Part shown: positions 24,801-39,883 of the stretch, piece by piece
Position numbering within the stretch: position 1 is the stretch's first letter
Layout of the letters: the number at the start of each line of letters is the position of its first letter
Assembly: GCA_014905635.1 (NCBI GenBank)
Contig: JABVCE010000005.1
Coordinates: 1,116,001-1,180,000, forward strand
Direction of reading: 5' to 3'
Length of the DNA stretch: 64,000 bases
From: Scenedesmus sp. PABB004
Lineage: Eukaryota
Program-made: the position numbers and the translations under genes
The notes under the pieces: generated by a model
The model's input: the letters and a program-made list of their open reading frames with translations, nothing else
Database searches by the model: none
What the model was told of the DNA's origin: nothing

Positions 24801-27800
24801 CGTGCCCGCGCCCGGCTCGGCGCCGGTGCAGCCGAGCGTGGCGCAGGTTGAGGCCGAGTTCTGGCGCCTCTTGGAGCGGCCCGACGCGGGCCGCGTGGTC
24901 GAGGCGCTCTGCGGGGCCGACCTCGACAGCGCCCGGCACGGCAGCGGCTTCCCGCTGCCAGCGTGGCGCGGCATCCCCACCGACGCGCGCAGGTGCGGCG
25001 CGCCGCGCGCGCCCCCGGCGCGCCGCCGCGCCGCCCGCCCAACGCGCGCGCCCGCCGTCGCCGCTGCAGCGGCCGCAGCGCGCGCCCGGGCGCGGACAAG
25101 GACCCCACCGCCGCCGCGTACGCGCGGCACCCCTGGAACCTGAACAACCTGCCCCGCGCGCGCGGCAACCTGCTGCGCCAGCTGCCCATGGCGGCGCCGC
25201 TGCCGGGCCTGGCGGTGCCGCGGCTGCGCGTGGACAGCTGCTTCAGCGCCGACTGCTGGCACAGCGACGCGCAGGGGCTCGCCAGCCTCAGCTACCTGCA
25301 CTCGGGAGCGCCGCAGGTGCGGCGGCGCCCGCCGCTGATGCGCGGGGGCCCGGGCGTCACCTCGCAGCTGAGCCCTGCATCCCCCCTCCTCCTCCCCCCT
25401 GGGTCAGGTGTGGTATGGCGTGCCAGACTTTGCTGGCGGAGCCCTGGAGGTGGCTGTCGCCGACTGCTTGCCCCACCTGGCGCCGACGCCCGTGGGCGGC
25501 CCGCAGCGGCCGCGCCACCTGGCGCTGGCGGTCAGTCCCAACGAACTGCGCGCGCGGGGCCTGCCGGTTTGCAGGTGAGGCAGGGCGCGGCAGCAGGGCT
25601 GGTGGGCAGCACTCTCGGCTGCGCGGCGGCGGCGGCAGCGTCAGCGGCGGCGCGCGGCGCACACACAGCGCTCCGCCGCGGCACGGCCGCCCGCAGACTC
25701 GTGCAGGAGGCCGGCTGCTTTGTGTTTGTCCCGCCACGCGCCCACACCGCCAGCCTCAGCACCGGCTTTGCTGTCAGCGAGCGGCTCAGCCTCGCGCCGC
25801 TCGAGTGGCTGCCGCATGGCGCTGACGCGTCGCGCGCGGCCCGCTCGGTGGGGCGACGCGCCGCGTTCAGCCTTGACGAGCTGCTGGTCCGCCTGGTGAG
25901 GACGCGCGCGGGGCCCTGGCGCGCGCACCCGTGGCCGCGGCGGCGTGCCCGGCAAAGACTGCTTGCGCGCTCAACGCCACGCGCCGCCGCCTGCAGGTGG
26001 GCGCGGCCAAGGAGGTGGCGGCCGCGCGCGGCCTGGGCGGCGGCGCGCCGGACGAGGAGCTGCAGGAGCACGCCGAGGCGGTGGCGGCCACGGCTCTCAG
26101 CGCGCTCGAGGCCGTGCTGGCGCGGCAGCAGCGCAGGGAGGCGCGGCGCGCTGCCAGGCTGGAGGCGGCGCGCGCGGCGGACGCCGCGCCCAGCAGCGGC
26201 GACGCCGACGCGGGCAGCCGGAGCGGCGGCGAGCGGCACGCTGATGGCCCCGGCAGCGACGCGGCCACCGACGGCAGTGCAGGCCAGCAGGGGCGGCAGC
26301 AGGCGCCGCCGGGCTCGTCCGCGCCGTCGTCGGGCGCCTCCTCCTCATCCTCTGACGACGAGGAGGGACTGGTCAGCGGCTACGGCGGCTGGGCGGCGCA
26401 CGCGCTCGCGGCCAGCTCAAGCTCCGCGTCCGAGCCGAGCTCCGGCTCCGACGCCGAGGAGGGCTCGGCCCGGGCGCAGCGGCTGCTGGACCCGCAGCTC
26501 GGCTGGGCGGAGCGCTGGTCGTCGGGCCGCGGCGCGGCGCGCGTGCCCAAGCCCGCCGTCATGGCGGCCGTGGGCGAGCTGGTGCTGCGCATCGAAGAGG
26601 AGCACTGCTGGCAGCACACCGCGCGCCTGCTGGGCGTCGCCGAGGTGCGCTGGCGGGCGAGCTGTCGACGGCGCGGCGCGCGGCGCGGGCGCGCGCCCCG
26701 GCCGGCCCCAGCCCTGGCCCCTGACCCTGCGCCTCCCGCCGCTGCTGCGCCGCCGCTGCGCCGCAGGAGCGCCGCATGTGTGGCAGCCCGCGCCAGCGCG
26801 ACGCGAGCGGCTGCCTCACCGACACCGCGGGCGCCGCGTGTGCCGTGTGCGGGGCCGACCTCTGGCTCGCGGCGGTGGTCAGCCGCGCCGCGCCGCAGCG
26901 CGCGGTCTGCCCCGCGCACGCGCGCGCGCTGCTGGACGCCGGCTGTGCGGGCGAGACCTGCTGCTTGCTGTTCCGGCACAGCGTGGAGGAGCTGCAGCGC
27001 CTGGTGTTCGAGGCCGCCGCGCTGCTCCCGGGCTGCAAGGACGGCGTGCGCGCGGCGCAGCAGCGCGTGCGGGCGCGGCCCTGGATGCGCGTCAAGTCGC
27101 TGGGGCCCATCGCGGAGCCGCCGGAGGGCGCGGAGCGCGCGCCGCCGCCGCGCGCGCCGGAGCTCGCGCCCGGCGGCCGCGACCCGGCGACGCCAGTCGC
27201 GGGTGGGCTGGCGGGCGCGCCCGCGCCGCTGGCGCCGGCGGCGGCAGAGCAGCGCGCCGCGTGCGCATGGCCGCGTGCTCAGGCCGCCGCTGCCCGGCCC
27301 GCCGCCGCGGGCGCCGCAGGCTGGGTGCAGCAGCTGCTGGCGCTGGCGGAGGCGCGCGCGCCGCTGGTGGGCGCCGGCGGCTCGTCGCGCATGCCGCGCC
27401 GCGCGCGCATCGCGGCGGTCGGCGAGGCGGCGGTGCTGGCGGAGGCGGCCATGACGGCGCTGCGCACCACGGGCCGGCTGGACGGGCTCGACCTGGGGCA
27501 CCAGCTGCCGGCGCCGCGCGTGCCGCGGCGCGACATAGCCGCCCAGCGCCTGCTCGCGGCGCTGCTGGCGCGGCACCAGGCGCGCGCGCGCGCGGCGGGC
27601 CGGCGCGGCGGGTCGCGCGCGCGCAGCGAGGCGCAGCGCCTGGCCGAGGCGGCGGCGGCGAGCGCGGCGCTCGCGCCGCGGCAGCGCAAGCCGCCCGGCT
27701 GGCTGCAGGAGGGGGGCCTCGAGGTGGAGGGCGCCACCGCCAAGCGCGCCAGGGGCGAGGCCGAACCCGCGCGGCCCTCGCGGCGCCGCAGCGACGGCGC

Positions 27801-29430
27801 CGCGTCGGCGGCCAGGGCGTCGCCGCCGCCGCAGCAGCACGCGGAGCAGTCGGGCGACCCCCCCGCGGCGGCGGGCGGGGATGCCGGCGCGAGCGCCCGC
27901 GGCGGCGTGCGCGCGCTGGTGTCTTCCGACGAGGCTGCCGAGCTGGCGGCGGGCGTGCTGGAGGCGCTCGCCGCGGAGCCCAAGGCGCGGCTGGCGCCGG
28001 AGGAGGCGGAGCGGGCGCGGCAGGCGCGGCGCCGGGAGCGGCAGGAGCAGCGCGCACGGTGGCAGGCGCGCATGGCGGCGCTGCAGGCGCAGCAGGAGGC
28101 GGAGATGGCTCGGGCGCACGCCGAGGAGAAGCAGCAGCCAGGCAGCCAGGGCGGTGGCGCGCCGGGGCAGCCCGCCGCAGCGCAGCCCGGTGCAGAGGGG
28201 CCGGCCGCCGGGCAGCGCCGCGGCGGCGCGCCGGCGGGGGGCGGCGAGGGCGCGCCGGCCGGCGCCGCCAGCGCGGCGCCGGCGCCCGCGGCGAGCGGCG
28301 CCGGCGGCGACAAGGCGCAGCTGGCCGCGCAGCTGGCGATGCAGGCACAGCTGCAGGCGCAGCTGCAGCTGCAGGCACAGCTGCGCGCGGCGGCGCTCAC
28401 GGCGGCCGCTGCGTCGGCGGGGCAGGTGCCGGGGTTCCCGGGCGCGGGGCAGCCGATCCTCGCGATGCACAACGGCGTGCCCGTGCTCGTCTACGCCGCA
28501 CCCGCGCAGCCCACGCCCAGCCAGGCGGGCGCGGGCGGCGCGGCGCCCGCGGCGACGGAGCGACAGCCGGCGCCGGCGCCGGTGCCGGCGCCGGCGGGCG
28601 CGGGCGCGGACCAGCCGGCTGCGGCGGCGCCGCCGCCCGCGGACGCAGCGGCGGCGCGGCCCGGCGCGGCGGCCGCGGCGGGCGCGGCGGCAGAGGTCGC
28701 CTCGGCGCCAGATGCCGCGCTGCCCGCAGAGGAGCAGGCCAAGAGCGCGTCGGGCGAGGGCACGGTGGCTGCGCTGGTGGCCCCGGCGGCCTCGGCGCCG
28801 AGCGAGGCGGCCGCGGTGGCCGCTGAAGCGCCCCCGGTGGCCCCGGCGGCGAGCGAGGCGGCCGCAGAGGCGCCCCCGGCGGCCGCAGAGGCGGCAGCGG
28901 CGGCCCCGGCGACGAGCGAGGCGGGCGCAGAAGCGCCCCCGGCGGCCTCGGCGCCGAGGGAGGTGGCTGCAGAGGCGACGGCGCCTGGGCCCGGGCCCGG
29001 CCTCCAGCCGCCGTCCAGCTTGGGCGGCAGCAGTGAGGGCTGCATGCCGCCGGCCGCGACGCCGGCACCGGCGGCGGCGGCATCGGCGGCGCCGGCGCCA
29101 GCGGCTGCAGCGGCGGGCGGCGGCGCCCCGCCCGCCATCGCAGGCGGGGGCGCTGCCGAGGTGCCGCCCGCCGCGCCGGAGCCCCGCCCGGCGCGCGCCA
29201 GCGCAGGGGCTGCGGCACCCGCGGAGGCGCTCGAGGCCCCGGCACCGCCCGCGGAGGTCGACGCCCCGGCGCCCCCCGCGGTGGCGCCGTACATGCTCGC
29301 GGCGGCGCGCCCGCTCGCGCCCTCCGCGCTCAGCAGCCTGGGCGGCGCGCCGCGGCTGGCCGGTTGCGACCAGATGGACGAGCTGGAGCTGGAGCCGCTG
29401 GTCGACGGCATGGACGACTTTGACTGGTGA
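21843..29430 (+). CDS. KDM5/JARID1-family JmjN-JmjC-C5HC2 protein, probably catalytically impaired
   Basis: JmjN ELPDAPTFSPTADEFEDPLAYL..GLAKIVPP; VEAEFWR..GADLDS..GSGFP; HPWNLNNLP; VWYGVP; LVQEAGCFVFVPP; degenerate C5HC2 CAVCGADLWL..CPAH..LLFRHSVEEL. Confidence 0.88.
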
Positions 29431-30256
29431 CCGTAGGGGCTGCTGAGCTGCGCTCGGGGCGGGAACTCGGGGCGGGACGGTGCAGCGGCTAGCGCGGCGG
29501 CCCGCCGCGCTGTGTCAACGCGCGAGCCTGCGCCGCATGCCCCGGAGCTAATACATCCGTTCAGGAGGCCGACGGCGGCCGGCCGTACCGAGGAGGGGCC
29601 GCTGCAGCGCGGCTGACCTCAGGTCATCTCTGTCCCACCAACCCGGCCACATGCCAGCGCCGCCCGTCCGCCAGCTCGCTACCTGCGTGCTGATCCATTG
29701 CCGAGCTCACGGTGGCGTCGCGCGGTCTTTTGGGCGTCGTTTTCGGGGGGCTGACCTGGTCCGTGTTGGAGGTGGGAGCAAAGCTCCGAGCGACCTCCTC
29801 CGACGCGAGCGGGCCCATAAAATCAGCGTGCAAGCTCCATTGCTTCATCCAGTTCAGCCCGTTCCCGCTCAAGCTCCCGCAGCTCTCTACAGCCTCCACC
29901 CGCACTTCGACGCCCCGCCAGGTGAGTTCGCACGTGGCCTGGGGGACCGCCCATCAGCTCTCAGCTCGGGGCAGCTACCGCAGCTCCGGCAGCTGCGCGC
30001 GGGCCGCGCGACAGGCCGGCGCGCGGGAATAGAGTCGAGCCATCGCGGCCGCCATCGCGGGCGCTTGGCGCGTCTGGCGCGCCACAGGGATCGCAGCAGC
30101 GCGGGGGTGCCGTGCCAGAGTCGCGTGGAGCTCTTGCGACCGCTGCCAGCGCGGGAGCAGCCCGTCATGCGGGCGGACCGCCGGCCAGCCTCGCGGCGGC
30201 GATCCTCCCACGCTCCCCCCAGCTCACGCCGCCGCCCCACGCCGAGCGCAGACGAG

Positions 30257-31162
30257 ATGGCGTTCGCCACCAAGGCCGCCGCGCTCGCACTCGCCATCTG
30301 CCTGGCCGCTGGTGAGAGCCGCGCCGGCGGCGCGATTTGCCAGCGCGTGGTGGCAGAGCTGCGCGCGCGCTGCCAGCACGCGCCGCCGCTCGAGACGCCG
30401 CTGACCTCCGATGACCGCCCGCCGCGCGCAGCGCCCGGCGCCCTGGGCGGCCGCTCCCTGCGGCAGACAGACGGCTACAGCGCCGCGCGCATCATCAAGC
30501 CCTCCGCGGCGTCGAGCGGGACGTCGCGCGCCGCCATCACCGCCGAGGCGGCCGAGACGAGTGCCAACAGCAACTTTGGCGGCGTGCACCGCCTGACCGC
30601 CGACCGGCGCACCTACGCCGGCGTGACCGCCACCGGCGCCGACGCGCCACAGGGCTCGATCCAGCCGCGCGTGCGCTCCGCGCAGGACGTCGCGCAGGGC
30701 GGGCCCAACCGCGCCAACGGCGGCGGCAGCATGCCCGCGCTGGTGAGCCCCGCGCGCGCTCGCCTGCCCGCGCGCCGACGGGCCGCGCGCGCACGTGCAC
30801 GCGCCTGCCCGCGCGCTGCACCCCACCCCTTCCCTCTCGCCCTCCCCAGCTCGGCTGACGTGCCGATCCGCGCTCGCCGCCAGGTGATCGGCGGCATGGT
30901 CCACGCCCAGACGTACGAGGGCGCCACGTCCGTCTCGACGACCGACTCGCTTGCGCTCAACCGCGACGCGCGCTCCGTGTCCAACTCGCGCCTCACGGCG
31001 CGCACGAGCGGCACCTGGAAGGGCGCGGGCGTCGGCGGCAGCTTCGGCGTGACGTCGCAGGGCGCGGGGTCCAAGGCCCTCAGCGGCTCCGCCAACAGCC
31101 ACATCGTGCTCGCGCAGGCCGACAGCGCCGTCGCCGTGGCCTCGTCGGAGCGCGGCGCCTAG
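30257..31162 (+). CDS. Secreted Ser/Ala/Gly-rich hypothetical protein (3 exons)
   Basis: Signal peptide MAFATKAAALALAICLAA followed by a GRSLRQ motif. Introns at ~30312 and ~30743. Confidence 0.75.
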   Translation: MAFATKAAALALAICLAAGESRAGGAICQRVVAELRARCQHAPPLETPLTSDDRPPRAAPGALGGRSLRQTDGYSAARIIKPSAASSGTSRAAITAEAAETSANSNFGGVHRLTADRRTYAGVTATGADAPQGSIQPRVRSAQDVAQGGPNRANGGGSMPALVSPARARLPARRRAARARARACPRAAPHPFPLALPSSADVPIRARRQVIGGMVHAQTYEGATSVSTTDSLALNRDARSVSNSRLTARTSGTWKGAGVGGSFGVTSQGAGSKALSGSANSHIVLAQADSAVAVASSERGA

Positions 31163-31835
31163 GGAGCTCTCTGACCAACGCTGTTGCTACTCGGCTGCCA
31201 CCAGCAACCAACCCAACCTGCACGCACATCAAACCACAACAACAACACACAGCCTTCCTTGAGCAGTTTTGGCCCCATTGGGGCGGCTCCGCCCGGACGT
31301 GCGACACGAAGTGACGGGCGCGGCGAGAGACCCAAACCTAACAGCGAGCTCGGAACCTGATACAGCGCCGCACCAGATGCGTGCGCGCTCTGAACCCAGC
31401 ACGGACCCTTATTTCATCGTATGTGCCGTGCAGTGAGCAGCGCGCGCGTGCGCCTGCCCCGTGACCTGCCGGCGTCGTGCGGTGTGTGTTTGGCGTGTCG
31501 ACCGACGAAACCTCATCGACCCGGAACCAGCGGGGCGAGCGGAACCACCGCGTGCAGCGTGCAGGGGGCCTATTCCTTGTGAGTTGTGAGTTGGTGTGGT
31601 GGCGGGCCCTGCAACGGGCACTGTAACCGGCCTCGAGGCAACCCGCCTGCCGGTCGCGGTCTCGCCGCGCCGCTGGCGGCGCCGCTGCCGGCGGTTCTGC
31701 GCCGCACACCGCTCGCCGCTGCGCCGCTGGCACGCCCTCCTCGCAGACGACGACACACACACACACACACACACACGCCGCCGCAGGCTGCGCACCCGGG
31801 GAGGGCCCACCGGCAGCAGCAGCGCACCAACAGCG

Positions 31836-33230
31836 ATGCTCGCGCCTCACCAGGTGCGCAACCAGGCCTGACGGCCGTCAATCGCGGCCGTGGAGCGCGA
31901 CGGCGGGGGCGCGGGCGCGCGGGCGGGGCCGTGCGCGCCAGCCGGCCGGGCAGCTCGCCCACGCTCGCCTCGCCCGCCCGCTGCGCGCGCAGGCTCTCTC
32001 GGGCGCGCGCCTGTCCGCTGCAGGCGGGGCATGGGCGCTCGCGACGCCTGCCGCCGCGCCAGAGCTGGGGCCGCAGCAGACGGCGCCGCTCTGGGGCGGC
32101 TCGCAGCGCCCGGCCGCGGCCGACGGCGCGCTCGGCGACCTGAGGCGCATTGAGCAGCTGCTGGCCGCGGACGGCACCGCGCGCTCCGAGCCGGTGGCAG
32201 CCAAGCGCAAGGCGGCCGCGCCGCCCGACGGCGCGCCGCCGGCCAAGCTGCTGCAGCCGCTGCGGACGCCGTGCGCGCACGCGGGCGCCGAGGCAGCAGC
32301 CGCGGCCGCGGCGGCCGGCGACACCTCGACGCCGCAGGAACCGGCGCAGCAGGCGCAGCACGCAGCCCTGGACGGCGCGGCGGCGGTCGCTGCGGCTGAG
32401 GCAGAGCCAGCAGAGGCCGCGGCGGCGAACCGCACCTCGACGCCACACCAGCAGGCGCAGCGGCCTCAGCAGGCGCAGCAGCAGCAGGCGCAGCGGCAGC
32501 AGCAGCAGCAGCCGCAGCAGCAGCTCACACAGACGCAGCAGCAGAGGCCGCCGCAGCAGCAGGGGCCGGAGCGGGGCCAGGGCTCGCAGCAGCGCTGCGC
32601 GGAGCAGCTCGGCGCGCGCAGGGGGCCGCCGGGGCAGCACGCAGCCTCCGAGGCGGCCCAGTTTTGCGCGTCGGAGAGCGACTTTGAGCCACCGCCGAGG
32701 GCCGCGCGGCGGCGCGCGCCGGCTGTGCCGGCGCCCCGGCCCGCGCCCCGGCCGCACCGAGCACGGTCAGCGCCGCCCCCGCCGCCCCCGAGCAGCTGGT
32801 GCCGGTGCTGGGGCAGCTGCTGACGTACCTGCAGGAGCAGGCGGCGCAGCGCGCCTGCGGGCAGGCGTCGCCGCCGGCCCAGGGCGCCTGGGGCGTGGAC
32901 GACGTGGCAGGCCAGGCGTCGCCGCCAGCGCAGGCCGCTGGCGGCCTCGTGGGCGCGGACGCGGACGCGGACGTGGACGAGCAGCTGGCTGACTTCATGC
33001 CGCCGCCCAAGCCGCGGCCGCCCGCTGGCGCGGCGAGCGGCGGCGGCGCGCTCGCCGGTCACAGCGGCGCCTGGCAGGGGCTCCCCGTCCGGCAGCTGCC
33101 GGCGGGGCTCCGCGTGTCGACGCTGCGCGCCTCGGGGCACCTCGGCGGCGGCGGCGGCGGCGGCGCGGGGCACGGCCGGGGCAAGCCGCCGCTGCCCCGG
33201 ACGAGCAGCGGCGGCGCCGTGGTCGCCTGA
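31836..33230 (+). CDS. Low-complexity Q/A-rich hypothetical protein
   Basis: MLAPHQ, intron, then ALSGARL..LGDLRRIEQLL..AAKRK; later EQLVPVLGQLLTYLQEQ..DFMPPPKPRPP. Exon structure uncertain. Confidence 0.5.
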
Positions 33231-33792
33231 CGCAAGGGGCGGCCGCACAGCCGGGGGCGCGATGCACGGCGGCATGCCGGGGGGGGGGGGGACTGCTGGC
33301 GGTGGGGGCCCCTGGCTGCCTGACTGCGGCGCAAGGGTGCTTGCTGCATGTACAATGTTGTCCGCGTGATCTGCGGCGCCTCGTGGAGCTGGGCGCGAAG
33401 AGCCCCCGCGTCGGCCGCTGTGTTGCCGTTGTGTTGCCATTCAACGGGTTTACACACAATGAGCAGTGCTGCTGTAAACAAGTGCGCAGGATGGATGGAT
33501 GGGTTTGGTGGTCAGCAAAACCCAGTGCTGCGTCGCACACGCAACGCCGCGCGGCGCGCCACTCTAGAGTGGCAGCAGATCTGCTGTGCTCTCGCTCTCG
33601 CTCTCACGCAGCCCGTGCGCAGCAGCAGCCCCGCCCGCCGCGCGCCGCTCGGTCGCCGCCGTCGCGGCCGTCAAGCCTGCTACTACGGTCAAAACGCTGC
33701 GTCAGGACGTCCGAGTGCGCGCATACGTTGTGGTCGCCAGGGTTGGTTGGGCAAGGGGATGAAGCAGCGCTGCGCTCGCGCGGCCGGGGCCC

Positions 33793-35197
33793 TCACTTGG
33801 CGGCGCCGGCCGCGGCCACGGCCACGGCCGCGGCGCCGCCCGACGGCGCCGTCCTGGCGCCGCCCGCGCCGCGCGCGCTGCGGCGCGCCGCGAGCACCGA
33901 GTATGCCAGCCCGACCGCCGCCGCGCCGGCGGCGGGGCCGAGCAGCATCGTCGCGCCCCATCCCGCGGTGCCGAGGCGCGCCCAGGGCTGGCGCGCGTAG
34001 TTGGGGTCGTGGGGGGGCACGACCACCAGCGTGGCGGGGTCGCCGCCGGGGGGCGTGTCGGGCGTGTCGAGGGGCTTGAACACGGGGATGGTGTGGCACG
34101 TGAAGTCGCCGCTCTGGTTGGACGCAAAGATGCTGCGGCGCGGGCGGGCGGGCGCACGGCCGCGGCACGGCGCCGGCGCGGGCGCGCGCGTGAGGGCGGC
34201 ATGGGCGCGCGCGGGCGCGCGAGAGAGAGGGCGCGCGCGCGCGCACGCAGCGGGCGCGGCGGCGGCGGCGCGCGCGCGCGCGCACCGGCCGGCGACGTTG
34301 ATCCAGGAGACGAACATGATGATGCCGTGCGCCGCCTTGAGCGAGAAGAAGCGCTGCGCCGCGGTCTTGGCCCCGGCCGCGCGCGCCTTCTCCGCGGCGA
34401 CGCGCTGCGCCAGGCCCGGCCCGCCCGGCGGCAGCCCGCCCGCCGACACGTCGGCGCCGACCGCGGCGAGCGCGGCGCGCGTCGCGCGCTGGCCGTGGAG
34501 GAGCGCGAGCAGCCTGCGCGCGGGGGGCGGCGGCGCCGCGCGCGCGCAGTGAGTCCGCCTCTCTCATCGCGGCCGCCGCCGCCGCTGCCGCGCTGCCTCC
34601 GAGCCCCTGCAGAGCCTGCGGCGCGCCGCAGCAAACCACGCACCAGCCGACGCAGAGGCCTCCGAGCACCCAAATAAAGCTGACGAGCGTCGAGGGCGGC
34701 AGCCCGGTGTTGTGGATGAGCAGGCTCGTCGCGGTCGCCCAGAGCATGCTCACGATGTAGCCGCTGACGTGGCGGGGCGGGCGGGGCGTGCGTGCGGCGA
34801 GCACGGGCGTGAGCGGCGCGCGCGCGCCGCGCTGCGCCGCGCTCGGGGCGGGGCGGGGCGGGCGGCGGCGGCGCGCGCACCGGCCAAACCATGCGTGCAG
34901 CGGGCGCGCCGCTGGCACCACCCGCGACACGAACGCGGCGATGCCGGAGAGGAAGACGAGGTAGCAGAAGGTCACCTGCGGGGGAGGAGGTTGCGGAGGT
35001 TTAAGGTTTAAGAGGTTGAAGGAGCAGGCCGAGCCTGGCTGGGCGGCGGCGCGGCGCGCCACGCCAGCGGGCGCCCCGGCGGCGCGGCGCACGTGGGCGA
35101 AGTAGGCGCCGCGCATGCAGGAGACCTTGTCCAGGGACCACGTCGCGGTCGGGTCGAGCAGGGTGTCAAACCCGGGCCCCACGATCGTCGGCGCCAT
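33793..35197 (-). CDS. Multi-pass membrane protein (possibly DUF2306-like), multi-exon
   Basis: AHVTFCYLVFLSGIAAFVSR..LHAWFGR.YIVSMLWATATSLLIHNTGLP..KAAHGIIMFVSWINVAGRIF: His residues at TM helix starts and an HxxxGRxY pattern. Confidence 0.75.
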
Positions 35198-35819
35198 GGC
35201 GGCGCCGGGCCTGCGGGCGGCGTCGGCGGGCTGGCGCAGCGCGCGCGCGGACCGCCCGCCGCGCAGGAGCTGCTGCCTGAGGCGCGCTGTGCGAGCGTCT
35301 CGCGGTGAGCGGGACGCCCCTGACACGCCCGCTGCGCGCGGGGCGCCACGCGCAGCTGCTGCTGCTGCGCTCATGCACGACCCGCCCTGCCGCCCCGCGC
35401 GGCCGCCCGATCGCGCGGCCCGCTCCCACGGTGCTGGGCGACTCCTCCCAGCCTCCTCGCCCGCCCCGAGCCGCAGCGCACCTGCTGTCGTGCGCGGCGG
35501 CGCTGCTCGTTGAGGCCGTGCGGCTGTGTGGTGGGCGAGCGGCTGGCTGGCGGCCGAGGAGCCGCGGCGGTGGGCGTTGTGGGCGGTGAGAGCGGCGGCG
35601 CGCTGGTCAGCCGCTGTTTTTTTCTGGCAAAACGACGCGACGAGCCCGCCCGCGCGACTGCCGGCGGCAGTCTGCCGTGCCGCCGCGCTTGCTACCCAGT
35701 CACGCCAGGCAGCCCCGGCCACAACACCCCGAGACAGTCCGTGCGCCCCGCCCCGCCGCGGGTTGTGTTCGCCGTGCGTTCGCCGCCCGCGCCGCGCCAC
35801 CCCCGCCGCGCGCCGCGCC

Positions 35820-39241
<3,422 letters not shown>

Positions 39242-39883
39242 GCTGGCCGCCCTGCGCTGCGGGCGTGCGGTCGCCGGCGGGGCGCCCTGTGCGGCGGCGG
39301 CGGCAGCCGGCGGCGGCGTGAGAGGGGGGACAGCGCGCGCTGCTGCCGGCGCCTGCCTGGCCTGCTGCTTCGGGCGCGCATCGCAGCCTACAAGGGCCTG
39401 CAACACGCGTCGCGACCCCGCAGCGGCTCCCCGGCCCCACGCCAGCCCGCTGCAGGCGCAAGAAGGTTGTTGATGTGGTTGGCCCGGCCCGCCGCTCACC
39501 CTGACGCCGCGCCGCGTGATCAGGCGCGTGACGGCGTCTTCGGGGAGCCGATGCGCCGCGTGCCAGCCCTCGGGCTCACGCCGCTGATCGAGGCGAGGGC
39601 GTACTCGCTCGTGGCGCGCGGGCAGAGAGACGGCGACGGCAAAGCTCGTGCCTGTGAGGGCCTGCCGGCGCAGCCTGCAGCAGCGGGCGATTGACCCGCG
39701 AACCGCCGGCGGCGGCGTGACAGCGGCGGTTGAGCAGGGCGCGTGCTCGCACCAGTGCGCGCAGCGGTCGGCGGCGCAGTTCCGTCGCACGCCCACCAGC
39801 CCCGCCACGCCGCCTCATCACCCCGCCGCCGCCGCCGCTCCCCGCGCCGGCCGCCGACGCGCACGGCAACAGCGGGGCCGCGC

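Noticed and set aside
34998..35022. Telomere-like GGTTTAAGGTTTAAG
   Set aside because: Only two imperfect units, inside an intron.
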